A stretch of DNA of 32,000 nucleotides, from assembly GCF_001462395.1 (NCBI RefSeq), contig NZ_LNTB01000001.1, positions 870,001 to 902,000 of the forward strand. The letters are read 5' to 3'. A model generated the notes under the pieces. It saw only the letters and a program-made list of their open reading frames with translations, was not told where the DNA came from and searched no databases. The DNA is from Pyrodictium occultum (GTDB lineage: Archaea > Thermoproteota > Thermoprotei_A > Sulfolobales > Pyrodictiaceae). A program made the translations under genes and the position numbers. Below, one piece after another: positions 8,275-16,248 of this stretch; the first letter of the stretch is position 1, and every line of letters begins with the position of its first letter.

Positions 8275-9339
8275 CTACTGCTCCTTCCTCTTCTTGAGGC
8301 CCACGCGGAGCTGTACCTTCGGCTTAACGCGGCCGGTTTTCTTCCAGTCGCCCTTTATCTCCACGTTCCTGCCCCGCCTCTTCTGCAGATAGTTGAACGC
8401 GGCCAGCGCGGCCTTGGCTCCATCGCCCGCCGAGATCACGGCCTGCTTGAAGGGTATATGGGTCACGTCGCCGGCCGCGAAGAGGCCCGGCGTCCTGGTT
8501 GCCCCCATGCAGTCGGTGACTATCTCCCCGTTCTCGTTAAGGTCTACTAGGTGCTTCACGAACTCCGTCTTGGCCTCGTAGCCCAGCTCCACGAACACGC
8601 CCTCCACCTCCAGGGTCTTCTCCTCGCCGGTCTCCTTGTCCCGCACCACGAGCCCGGCGACCCTCCTGCCGTCGCCTAGGACGCGGACAGGCTCATGCTT
8701 CTCCAGTATGGTCACGTTCTCGGCGCTGCGCACCCTGGCCACCAGGTCGGGGTCGCCGAAGAGCTTGGTGGGGGTCACGTAGTATACGCGGGGGCAGAGC
8801 CCGGCGAGGAGCGCCACGGCCTCGAGCCCCTGGTCGCCTATCCCCACCACCGCCGTGTTCTTGCCCCGGTAGAGGGGCCCGTCGCAGATAGTGCAGTAGC
8901 TCACCCCGCGGCCATCGTACTCGTCCTCCCCGGGGACGTTCATCCTCTTCGGGGTCTTGCCGAAGGCTAGGATGACCGCCTCGGCCTGGTAGCGGCTGCC
9001 CCTAGCGCTCTCGAGGAGGAAGCTGCCGTCCTCAAGCCTCTCTATCCTAGTTATAAGCTCCCCGTACCTGAACTTGGCCCCAAAGGTCCTGGCCTGCTTC
9101 TCCACCTTCATGGCCAGGTCTACGCCCTTTATAGCCTCAATACCCGGGTAGTTCTCTATGACCGTGGCCTGGAGCAGCTGGCCCCCGAGGTCCTTGCTGA
9201 CCACGAGCACGTCGACACCCTGCCTAGCCAGGTAGAGGGCGGCCGTGAGCCCAGCCATGCCCGCCCCTATCACTATTATGTCGTGCCTCTCCGGCTCCGG
9301 GGACCCGGAGCCCTCCCTTCCCCCAGTACTCTGCGCCAT
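8275..9339 (-). CDS. trxB: Thioredoxin reductase-like FAD/NAD(P)-dependent pyridine nucleotide-disulfide oxidoreductase with a basic C-terminal tail
   Basis: DIIVIGAGMAGLTAALYLARQG is an FAD GxGxxG motif, CTICDG is the redox CxxC, VVGIGDQGLEAV is the second dinucleotide fold, and FAAGDV is present. The track ORF starts at 9561, but I trimmed it to the ATG at 9337-9339 (MAQSTGG...) because the extension overlaps pheA and is P/G/R-rich. Confidence 0.8.
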   Translation of the reverse strand: MAQSTGGREGSGSPEPERHDIIVIGAGMAGLTAALYLARQGVDVLVVSKDLGGQLLQATVIENYPGIEAIKGVDLAMKVEKQARTFGAKFRYGELITRIERLEDGSFLLESARGSRYQAEAVILAFGKTPKRMNVPGEDEYDGRGVSYCTICDGPLYRGKNTAVVGIGDQGLEAVALLAGLCPRVYYVTPTKLFGDPDLVARVRSAENVTILEKHEPVRVLGDGRRVAGLVVRDKETGEEKTLEVEGVFVELGYEAKTEFVKHLVDLNENGEIVTDCMGATRTPGLFAAGDVTHIPFKQAVISAGDGAKAALAAFNYLQKRRGRNVEIKGDWKKTGRVKPKVQLRVGLKKRKEQ

Positions 9340-9439
9340 AGCCTCCCCCGGGGCTTGCTGGAGGACGCCGTCTCGCTGGCTAAACGGCTTCCGACGGCCC
9401 GGGCCCCGCGCCGTCAGGAGTATAACCTCCCCGGGGCCC

Positions 9440-10258
9440 GTGGTGGGCCCCCGGTGGGGCGCTATTGTTCGCGTCGCCTTCCTAGGCCCGGAGCACAGCT
9501 TCACCCACATGGCTGCCGAGAGGCTCTTCCCCGGCGCCGAGTACATTGCGTGCAGGAGCATAACCGAGGTCTTCAGGGCTGTAGAGGGCTACGAGGCCGA
9601 CTACGGCGTCGTCCCCGTGGAGAACAGCCTCGAGGGGCCCGTGGGCGAGACGCTCGACAACCTGGCCTCCACGATGCTCCACGTCTACGCCGCGCTCGAG
9701 GCCAGGATAAGCCTCGTCCTAGCCGGCCGGCGGGGCGCTCCGAGGCTCTACGGGCACCCTCACGCGCTGCGGGAGGCGGCCAGGAGCCTCGACAGGCTCG
9801 CCCCCGGCGTGGAGAGGGTGGCGGTCTCGAGCACCTCCGAGGCCGCCCGCCGCGCCGCGGAGGAGGGGGCGCTGTGCGTCTGCAGCCACCGGGCAGCGGC
9901 GGCCCACGGCCTGGAGGTGCTCGCCGAGAGCGTCGAGGACGGCCCCAACTACACCAGGTTCATAGCGCTGGCGTGGAGGGACCAGCCGGAGAGGGGGGAG
10001 AGGACGAGCATCATAACAGCGGTGCCGGATGAGCCTGGCAGCCTCTACAGGCTGCTCGAGCCCTTCGCCAGCCACGGGGTGAACCTGAAGATGATCTACT
10101 CCAGGCCCATCCACGGCAAGCCTTGGCACTACAACTTCTACATAGACATGGAGGGCAGCAGGCTCGATGAGAGGGTGGCGGAGGCCCTGGAGGAGGCCCG
10201 GGAGAGGAGCCTCTTCCTCCGCGTCCTGGGCAGCTACCCGGTGCTCCGCGGCCCCTAG
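9440..10258 (+). CDS. pheA: Prephenate dehydratase (PDT catalytic domain plus ACT regulatory domain)
   Basis: RVAFLGPEHSFTH is the PDT N-terminal motif, with VPVENSLEGPV and TRFIAL also present. The ACT domain reads TSIITAVPDEPGSLYRLLEPFASHGVNLKMIYSRP...NFYIDMEG. The start is trimmed to the GTG at 9440 or 9443; the track start at 9245 overlaps trxB. Confidence 0.8.
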   Translation: MVGPRWGAIVRVAFLGPEHSFTHMAAERLFPGAEYIACRSITEVFRAVEGYEADYGVVPVENSLEGPVGETLDNLASTMLHVYAALEARISLVLAGRRGAPRLYGHPHALREAARSLDRLAPGVERVAVSSTSEAARRAAEEGALCVCSHRAAAAHGLEVLAESVEDGPNYTRFIALAWRDQPERGERTSIITAVPDEPGSLYRLLEPFASHGVNLKMIYSRPIHGKPWHYNFYIDMEGSRLDERVAEALEEARERSLFLRVLGSYPVLRGP

Positions 10259-10968
10259 CGGAGGCCTAGGAGAAGGTGGAGCCGTGGGCTGAAGTTGAAC
10301 CCGCTGCCGAGGGCCAGCCCGGCCACCCGGCGGTGGGCCTCCAGCAGCTCCTCCGGCCCCATGTCCTCGGACGTCAGGGGCATCAGGTAGACCCTCTCCC
10401 GGGGGATGCCGTTCTCCTCGACGTACCTCTCCACAGCCTTCACGTGCTCCTCGCCGGAGACGAGGAACTTGAACCAGGCCCTGCCAGTCTCCCTGGCGTA
10501 GCTCACCCAGCTAGGGTGCGTCCTGGCCCCCGGCACCGCCACGGGCACGTCCTTCGGGGAGACCACGTGGTAGGCCCTGTAGAGGGGCTCCCCCGCCTCC
10601 GGGGCCGGCAGCGTCCCGTTGGTCTCAAGCTGCAGCGTGTAGCCCCGCTCGTGGAGCCGCTCCGCCAGCGCGTTGAGAGCCCGGCGCTGGAGCAGCGGCT
10701 CCCCTCCCGTCGCGACCACCAGGCTGGGCTTCAGCTCCTCCACCCTAGCCAGCACCTCCTCCAGCTCCACCGGCCTGCCGGCCCTGGGGTCGAGGCTGTA
10801 CTTGGTGTCGCAGAAGGGGCAGCGGAGATTGCAGCCGGCGAGCCTTATGAAGAGGGCCCTCATGCCCGTGAAGGGGCCCTCCCCCTGGAGGCTCAGGAAG
10901 AGCTCGGAGACGCGGAGCCTAGGGCTGGTAGCTTGCGCAGAGATCCTCTGTCTCGCAGACCTCGACAA
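10255..10968 (-). CDS. queE: 7-carboxy-7-deazaguanine synthase (radical SAM, QueE)
   Basis: ELFLSLQGEGPFTGMRALFIRLAGCNLRCPFCDTKYS is the QueE N-terminal block with its CxxxCxxC-type cluster motif, and it follows queD. The TTG start at 10968 overlaps the queD 3' end by 50 nt, so the start is uncertain. Confidence 0.8.
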   Translation of the reverse strand: MSRSARQRISAQATSPRLRVSELFLSLQGEGPFTGMRALFIRLAGCNLRCPFCDTKYSLDPRAGRPVELEEVLARVEELKPSLVVATGGEPLLQRRALNALAERLHERGYTLQLETNGTLPAPEAGEPLYRAYHVVSPKDVPVAVPGARTHPSWVSYARETGRAWFKFLVSGEEHVKAVERYVEENGIPRERVYLMPLTSEDMGPEELLEAHRRVAGLALGSGFNFSPRLHLLLGLR

Positions 10969-11287
10969 GCTCCACCCTCCCGGGGAACCTCTCCTCTAGG
11001 CCGCGGGCCACCAGGACGGCGAGATCCTCGCTGGTCACCACCGGCAGCTCCCCGCCGCCCTCGGCGAGAACACTGTTGAGGTACCGGTGGTCGAACTTGC
11101 TGTAGACGTTCTCGCGCAGCCACTTCTCCAGCTCGTCCAGGTCTATCCCCATGGGCCTGTCCTCCCGGAGCACTATGCAGACCCTATAGTTGTGCCCATG
11201 CACCCGCCCGCAGCGGGGGTGGCCCTCTATCCGGTGGGCCGCTGAGAACATCGTGCACGCCTTAACCCTGAACACCAAGCCGGGCAC
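10919..11287 (-). CDS. queD: 6-carboxy-5,6,7,8-tetrahydropterin synthase (QueD/PTPS family)
   Basis: FSAAHRIEGHPRCGRVHGHNYRV matches the PTPS/QueD Zn-binding His block (AAH...C...HGHNY). The size, about 120 aa, fits. Confidence 0.8.
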   Translation of the reverse strand: MPGLVFRVKACTMFSAAHRIEGHPRCGRVHGHNYRVCIVLREDRPMGIDLDELEKWLRENVYSKFDHRYLNSVLAEGGGELPVVTSEDLAVLVARGLEERFPGRVELVEVCETEDLCASYQP

Positions 11288-11649
11288 CCCGCAGCTGCCT
11301 GCCAGGCCTCCGCGTTGGCCCCGGTTCCTCGCGGGGGAGGGGCGCCGCGCCCCCGGTTGATAAGCCCGGCGCCTGGAGGGGCCCCGGCCGGGTCGCCCCC
11401 GAGGTTCTCCCCGGCATCGGCCCCGGGCCTGCCCGGGCTGGTAGCCCGCTCTTCACTCCCGGCCCCTAGGGCCCTCCCTGACGACTCTTAGGCCCCTGGC
11501 CCCCCTTGTATGCCGCTCGCTCGGGCTCCCGGGGCTCCGGGGCTAGTAGCCCTCCAGCCGCCGCGGGCTCCGGCCCCGGAGGGCCTACAGGCCAGGCGAG
11601 GCGCCCCCGGGATCTCGTGTAGACTCCCTCTCCTCGGCCCCCTCAGGGG

Positions 11650-12705
11650 CTAGCGGCGGGCGTAGAGCCAGCACGCGACATAGTGGCCCTTCTCGGCCTC
11701 GACCAGCGGCGGCTCCTCGCGGCTGCAGTGGTCGAGGCGCTTCCAGCACCTGGGGTGGAACCTGCAGCCCGGCGGCGGGTTGATGGGGCTCGGCGGCTCC
11801 CCCTCGATCCTCACCCGCTTCCTGCTCCTAGCCCTCTCCGGGTCAGGGACAGGTATGGCGGAGAGCAGCATCTCCGTGTAGGGGTGCAGGGGCTTCTCGA
11901 ACACCTCCTCCGCCGGCCCCAGCTCAACGATCTTGCCCAGGTACATGACGGCTATGTAGTTGCTCATGTAGCGTATAACCCCCAGGTCGTGGCTTATGAA
12001 GAGGTAGGTCAGCCCGTACTTCGCCTGCAGCTCCTTCAGCATGTTGAGTATCTGGGCCTGCACCGAGACGTCGAGCGCGCTGGTGGGCTCATCGAGCACT
12101 ATGAACTTGGGCTTGAGCACCATCACCCTGGCTATTGCTATCCTCTGGCGCTGCCCGCCGCTGAACTCGTGGGGGTAGCGGTAGACGTGGCTCTCGTTCA
12201 GCCCCACCTCCTCGAGCAGCTTCACCACGTAGCTGTATGTGTCGTCAACCTCTATACCGTGGACCCGGAGGGGCTCGGTGAGGATATCGTAGACGGTCAT
12301 CCGGGGGTTGAGGCTGCTATAGGGGTCCTGGAACACTATCTGCGCCTGCCTGCGGAACCACTTCAGCTCCCTCCCCTTCAGCTTGAACACGTCGCGGCCC
12401 TCGAAGAACACGGTGCCCCTCGTAGGCTCTATCAGCCTGAGCACCAGCCGGCCCGTGGTGGTCTTCCCGCTCCCGCTCTCCCCCACAAGGCCCATCGTCT
12501 TGCCGCGGGGCACTATGAAGGATACATCGTCTACCGCCCTCACCCAGCCCCTGGTGAAGAAGAGCCCCTTCACGGGGAAGTACTTGGCCAGGTGATGGGC
12601 TACCACCAGCGGCTCCTCGCCGGGGAACAGCCTGCCCAGCTCCCGTAGGGCCTCCCTATAGCCCGGGTCCTCCCTGGCCGCGAGCCCTGCCTCGCCGGCG
12701 CTCAC
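11650..12705 (-). CDS. oppF: Oligopeptide/dipeptide ABC transporter ATP-binding protein (OppF/DppF type)
   Basis: Walker A is GESGSGKTT, the signature is FSGGQRQRIAIA and Walker B is FIVLDEPTSALD. The C-terminal oligo_HPY block reads PLHPYTEMLLSAIP...PPGCRFHPRC. I prefer the GTG at 12703-12705, which forms a GTGA overlap with the oppD stop. The track start is 12750. Confidence 0.85.
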   Translation of the reverse strand: MSAGEAGLAAREDPGYREALRELGRLFPGEEPLVVAHHLAKYFPVKGLFFTRGWVRAVDDVSFIVPRGKTMGLVGESGSGKTTTGRLVLRLIEPTRGTVFFEGRDVFKLKGRELKWFRRQAQIVFQDPYSSLNPRMTVYDILTEPLRVHGIEVDDTYSYVVKLLEEVGLNESHVYRYPHEFSGGQRQRIAIARVMVLKPKFIVLDEPTSALDVSVQAQILNMLKELQAKYGLTYLFISHDLGVIRYMSNYIAVMYLGKIVELGPAEEVFEKPLHPYTEMLLSAIPVPDPERARSRKRVRIEGEPPSPINPPPGCRFHPRCWKRLDHCSREEPPLVEAEKGHYVACWLYARR

Positions 12706-13745
12706 GCCCCGCCACCCCCGCTCCTGCCCTTGCCCGCGTAGAGCCAGCATGCCACGTAGTGGCGGTCCCCCATCCTGAGCACGGGGGGCCGCCGCGTGCA
12801 GACCGGCATAGCCTCGGGGCAGCGTGGGTGGAACCTGCAGCCCGGAGGCGGGTTCACCAGGTTGGGCACGGTGCCGGGTATCGACTCGAGCTTCTCAACG
12901 CTCCTAGAGGGGTCTGGTATGGCCCTCAGCAGCGCCCTGGTGTAGGGGTGCAGCGGGTTCTTGAATATCTCGTCGACGGGGGCCTCCTCCACTATCTGGC
13001 CCGCGTACATTACCGCTACACGGTCGCACATCTCCGCCACTAGGCCCATGTTGTGGGTTATTAGGAGGAGCGTCAGCCCCTCCTCCTTCTTGAGTCTGCG
13101 GAGCAGGTCCATTATCTCCGCCTGCACCGTCGTGTCGAGGGCCGTTGTGGGCTCGTCCGCCACTAGGAGCTTCGGCTTAGTGGAGAGGCTTATGCTTATC
13201 ACGCTCCTCTGCTTCATGCCGCCGCTGAGCTCGTGGGGGTAGGACCGGACCCTCTTCTCCGGGTCGGTGATCAGCGTCTTCCTCAGCAGCTCCACGGCCC
13301 TCTGGAACCCGTCCTTTATCCTCCTAATTATGCCGTGGACTAGCATGGTCTCGGAGACCTGGTAGCCGACCGTGTAGAGAGGGTCAAGCGCGGCGCCAGG
13401 GTCCTGGAACACGTAGGCTATCTCCCTGCCCCTTATCCTCTGCAGCTCCTCCTCGCCTAGCTCCATGATGTTCACGGGCTTGCCGGGCTCGGGGTAGTAG
13501 ATTATCTCGCCCCCCTCTATCCTCCCCGGCGGCTTTATGAGCCTGGTGAGGGCGCGGCTGGTCACGCTCTTACCGCAGCCGGTCTCCCCGACCAGGCAGT
13601 AGGTCTCACCCCTCTCTATGCAGAAGCTCACCCCGTCGATAGCCTTAACTACGCCGGCGTAGGTGTAGAAGTTGACGCGGAGCCCCCTCACCAGTATAAT
13701 CGGGTCCCTGCAGTCGAGCCTCCTCCGCTCAGCCACCCTCCTCAC
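12702..13745 (-). CDS. oppD: Oligopeptide/dipeptide ABC transporter ATP-binding protein (OppD/DppD type)
   Basis: Walker A is GETGCGKSV, the signature is LSGGMKQRSVIS and Walker B is LLVADEPTTALD. The C-terminal block reads NPLHPYTRALLRAIP...PPGCRFHPRCP. Confidence 0.85.
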   Translation of the reverse strand: MRRVAERRRLDCRDPIILVRGLRVNFYTYAGVVKAIDGVSFCIERGETYCLVGETGCGKSVTSRALTRLIKPPGRIEGGEIIYYPEPGKPVNIMELGEEELQRIRGREIAYVFQDPGAALDPLYTVGYQVSETMLVHGIIRRIKDGFQRAVELLRKTLITDPEKRVRSYPHELSGGMKQRSVISISLSTKPKLLVADEPTTALDTTVQAEIMDLLRRLKKEEGLTLLLITHNMGLVAEMCDRVAVMYAGQIVEEAPVDEIFKNPLHPYTRALLRAIPDPSRSVEKLESIPGTVPNLVNPPPGCRFHPRCPEAMPVCTRRPPVLRMGDRHYVACWLYAGKGRSGGGGA

Positions 13746-14967
13746 CTCGGGTCCACTCCTCGGCTACGGCCTCCGCCTCCCCGACCGGGCTCGCGGCCCC
13801 AGCCCTCCTCTTCACCTTGAACTCTATGCTCCGCCTCACCCTCGGGTCCATTATGTCCCGTAGAGCGTCGCCCAGCAGGTTGAAGCCGAACACCGTGAGG
13901 AATATCATCAGGCCCGGGAAGAACACCAGCCACCAGCTGTCGGGGAAGTACTGGGAGCCGTCGTAGATTATCCTGCCCCAGTCCGCCAGCGGCGGCACCG
14001 CGCCGAGGCCCAGGAAGCTGAGCCCGGCCTCCGTCAGTATCACGCCGCCGAAGTCTATCGTTAGGAACACCAGCAGGGGCCCGGCTATGTTGGGGAGTAT
14101 GTGGCTGAAGAGTATCCTCCTAGTCGGCACGCCCAGCGCCCTAGCCGCCTCGACGTACGTGTTCTCCTTCGTGCTCAGCACCATGCCCCTGGCGAGCCTC
14201 GCGTAGCCGGGCCACCAGACCAGCCAGAGCGCGATTATCACCGAGAGCAGGCTGGCCAGAGCCGGCTCGTCCTTGGGCTTGACCGCGAAGAGCATGCGGA
14301 GGAAGTCCGCCAGGTGCGGGTGGGCCTGGAGCAGGTCCTGGATCCTGTAGGGCAGCACGGCGGAGAACGCTATAGCCAGTATCATGCCGGGGAACGCGAG
14401 GAATATGTCGGTGAGCCTCATTACAGCCTCGTCCACCACGCCGCCGTAGTAGCCGGCCACCAGGCCCAGCGCTATCCCTATCCAGGGGCCCACAGCCATG
14501 ACTATGACCGCGACTATGAAGCTGGTGCGGGCGCCGTAGAGGATCCTGCTCCAGAGGTCTCTACCGTAGTCGTCGCCGCCCAGGAGCATGGTGAAGTTGC
14601 CCGGGTGGAGCCCGAGGCTCCGGCAGAACGCGTTATCGGGTATGTGCACCACCGTGCCCGGCGGCGCGAGCCTCGCGTGGCTGTCGCAGAGGAAGAGCTG
14701 GGTGTCATACCCTAGGGGCGCTATGCTGGGGCCGAGCAGGGCGAGCACGACGAATACCGCGGCTAGGAGCAGGCCGAGGAGCCCGAGGGGGGAGCGGTTC
14801 AGCGTGTAGAGCATCAGCCTCCACTCTTCCAGCCTCCCCCGGTTCCTCGTGCTCCAGCCCGGGCGGATCCTGTCGGCCACCGCGGCCAGCCCGGCCAGCA
14901 TCAGGTCGGACATGTGGTCCAGGAGCTTCTTCTCATACACCTCCTCCGCCGCCAAGCCCTGATGCAC
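13729..14967 (-). CDS. oppC: Oligopeptide/dipeptide ABC transporter permease (OppC/DppC type) with an extended N-terminus
   Basis: The BPD_transp_1 core includes YVEAARALGVPTRRILFSHILPN (EAA loop) and the C-terminal LGDALRDIMDPR. About 55 extra residues precede the OppC_N-like first helix. Confidence 0.8.
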   Translation of the reverse strand: MHQGLAAEEVYEKKLLDHMSDLMLAGLAAVADRIRPGWSTRNRGRLEEWRLMLYTLNRSPLGLLGLLLAAVFVVLALLGPSIAPLGYDTQLFLCDSHARLAPPGTVVHIPDNAFCRSLGLHPGNFTMLLGGDDYGRDLWSRILYGARTSFIVAVIVMAVGPWIGIALGLVAGYYGGVVDEAVMRLTDIFLAFPGMILAIAFSAVLPYRIQDLLQAHPHLADFLRMLFAVKPKDEPALASLLSVIIALWLVWWPGYARLARGMVLSTKENTYVEAARALGVPTRRILFSHILPNIAGPLLVFLTIDFGGVILTEAGLSFLGLGAVPPLADWGRIIYDGSQYFPDSWWLVFFPGLMIFLTVFGFNLLGDALRDIMDPRVRRSIEFKVKRRAGAASPVGEAEAVAEEWTRGEEGG

Positions 14968-14988
14968 CCCTCCCGGAGGAGCCCCTCG

Positions 14989-15987
14989 TCAATACCTTAC
15001 CCTCGGGTCTATCACCGCGTAGAGCACGTCCACCACGAGGTTGACCGAGGTGTAGATGAAGGCTACTAGGAGCACGGACGCGGTCAGGGACATGTAGTCG
15101 AAGTTCTCTATAGCCTGGAGCATGTAGAGCCCGAGCCCGGGCAGGCCGAATATCGTCTCGGTTATCGGGGCGCCGGCCAGCAGCCCGCCGAACTGGAGCC
15201 CCAGCACGGTGACTATCGGGGAGAGCGAGTTGCGGAGCACGTGCAGGTACACCCTCCTCCTGGGGAACCCGCGGGCCTCCATGAAGTCCACGTAGTCCCT
15301 GCTATACGCGTCGAGGAAGCTGTTCCGGACAAGCCTTGTTATCACGCCTATACCAGGGTAGGCTAGCATGAACGCTGGCAGCCAGAGCCTCTTCAGCATC
15401 AGCCCCAGGTAGTGGGGGTCGAGCTTCAGCAGCGCGTCCACGAGGGGCACGCCCGTGATACGGTAGCTGGGCGTCGGCATACCCGCCAGGGTCACGAGCC
15501 CGTGGGGGTACAGGACGAATATCATCAAGTAGGCCAGCCAGAAGATCGGCGTAGAGAGCCCGACCAGGGCCAGGCCCCGGATAACCATGTCGACCGCGGT
15601 GTCCCTCTTAATCGCCGCCAACACCCCCAGGGGAACACCAATAACAACTATCAGCACGAAGGCTAGGAGCGTGAGGGGCAGAGTGACCGTGAGGAACCGG
15701 TCCGTGATCTCGCTCCACACGTTGTTGTGGGTCACAGGGCTCACGGGGTTGCCGAAGAACAAGTTCTTCATGAAGTAGTAGTACTGGATGTACCAGGGGT
15801 CGTTCAGATGGTACTCCCGGATAAGCCTCTCCACGACCTCCGGCGAGGCCTTCTGCCCGCCCGCCCACAGCCTCGCAGGGTTAGCCGGTATAACAGCAGC
15901 TATAATGTAGACGAGGAGAGTCACCCCTATAATGGTGGGCACGAAGGTTAGGAACCTACGCGCGATGAACCTCCTTAGGTCCGCCAC
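14989..15987 (-). CDS. oppB: Oligopeptide/dipeptide ABC transporter permease (OppB/DppB type)
   Basis: The N-terminal RRFIARRFLTFVPTIIGVTLLVY, the EAA-type loop DYVDFMEARGFPRRRVYLHVLRNS and the C-terminal DVLYAVIDPRVRY are typical DppB/OppB blocks. GTG start. Confidence 0.85.
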   Translation of the reverse strand: MADLRRFIARRFLTFVPTIIGVTLLVYIIAAVIPANPARLWAGGQKASPEVVERLIREYHLNDPWYIQYYYFMKNLFFGNPVSPVTHNNVWSEITDRFLTVTLPLTLLAFVLIVVIGVPLGVLAAIKRDTAVDMVIRGLALVGLSTPIFWLAYLMIFVLYPHGLVTLAGMPTPSYRITGVPLVDALLKLDPHYLGLMLKRLWLPAFMLAYPGIGVITRLVRNSFLDAYSRDYVDFMEARGFPRRRVYLHVLRNSLSPIVTVLGLQFGGLLAGAPITETIFGLPGLGLYMLQAIENFDYMSLTASVLLVAFIYTSVNLVVDVLYAVIDPRVRY

Positions 15988-16144
15988 AAGAGCCCACCCT
16001 GAGGCTCTTCCTCCAGCCCCCGGGGGCTTCCAGGCCCACTGGCCGCCGCGTCGGCTGCCCCCCGAGCGGGGCCCCGGATAACTCTTTGCGGGAAGCTTAT
16101 CCCACGCGCTATGCTTTGAAGACCCAGTGGAACCTCATGATAGC

Positions 16145-16153
16145 TTTTATAAA
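16145..16153. promoter_or_regulatory. Strong palindromic TATA box (ttttataaa) in the oppB / binding-protein divergent spacer
   Basis: This is the only AT-rich element in the 261-nt spacer. It lies about 95 nt upstream of the ATG at 16249 on the plus strand. It is symmetric, so it could serve either direction. Confidence 0.45.
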
Positions 16154-16248
16154 CACTGCTGATGCGGCCTAGGGCTAACCCAGATAGTGTACTAAAACAA
16201 TGCCCGAACACTTGGCAGCCCTATGCCCACGGGAGAGGTGCACCTGGC

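Noticed and set aside
9245-9561. Mutually overlapping 5' extensions of the trxB (to 9561) and pheA (from 9245) track ORFs
   Set aside because: The conserved domains begin at the FAD GxGxxG motif and the RVAFLGPE block respectively. The extensions are P/G/R-rich and would overlap each other by about 300 nt. Both were trimmed to internal ATG or GTG starts.
10255-10258. The palindromic CTAG supplies the TAG stop for both pheA (plus) and queE (minus); similar tight convergent ends occur at gcvH/trxB (8 nt apart) and at Nudix/232-aa (24-nt overlap)
   Set aside because: This is ordinary compact-genome packing and not evidence of a regulatory element by itself.
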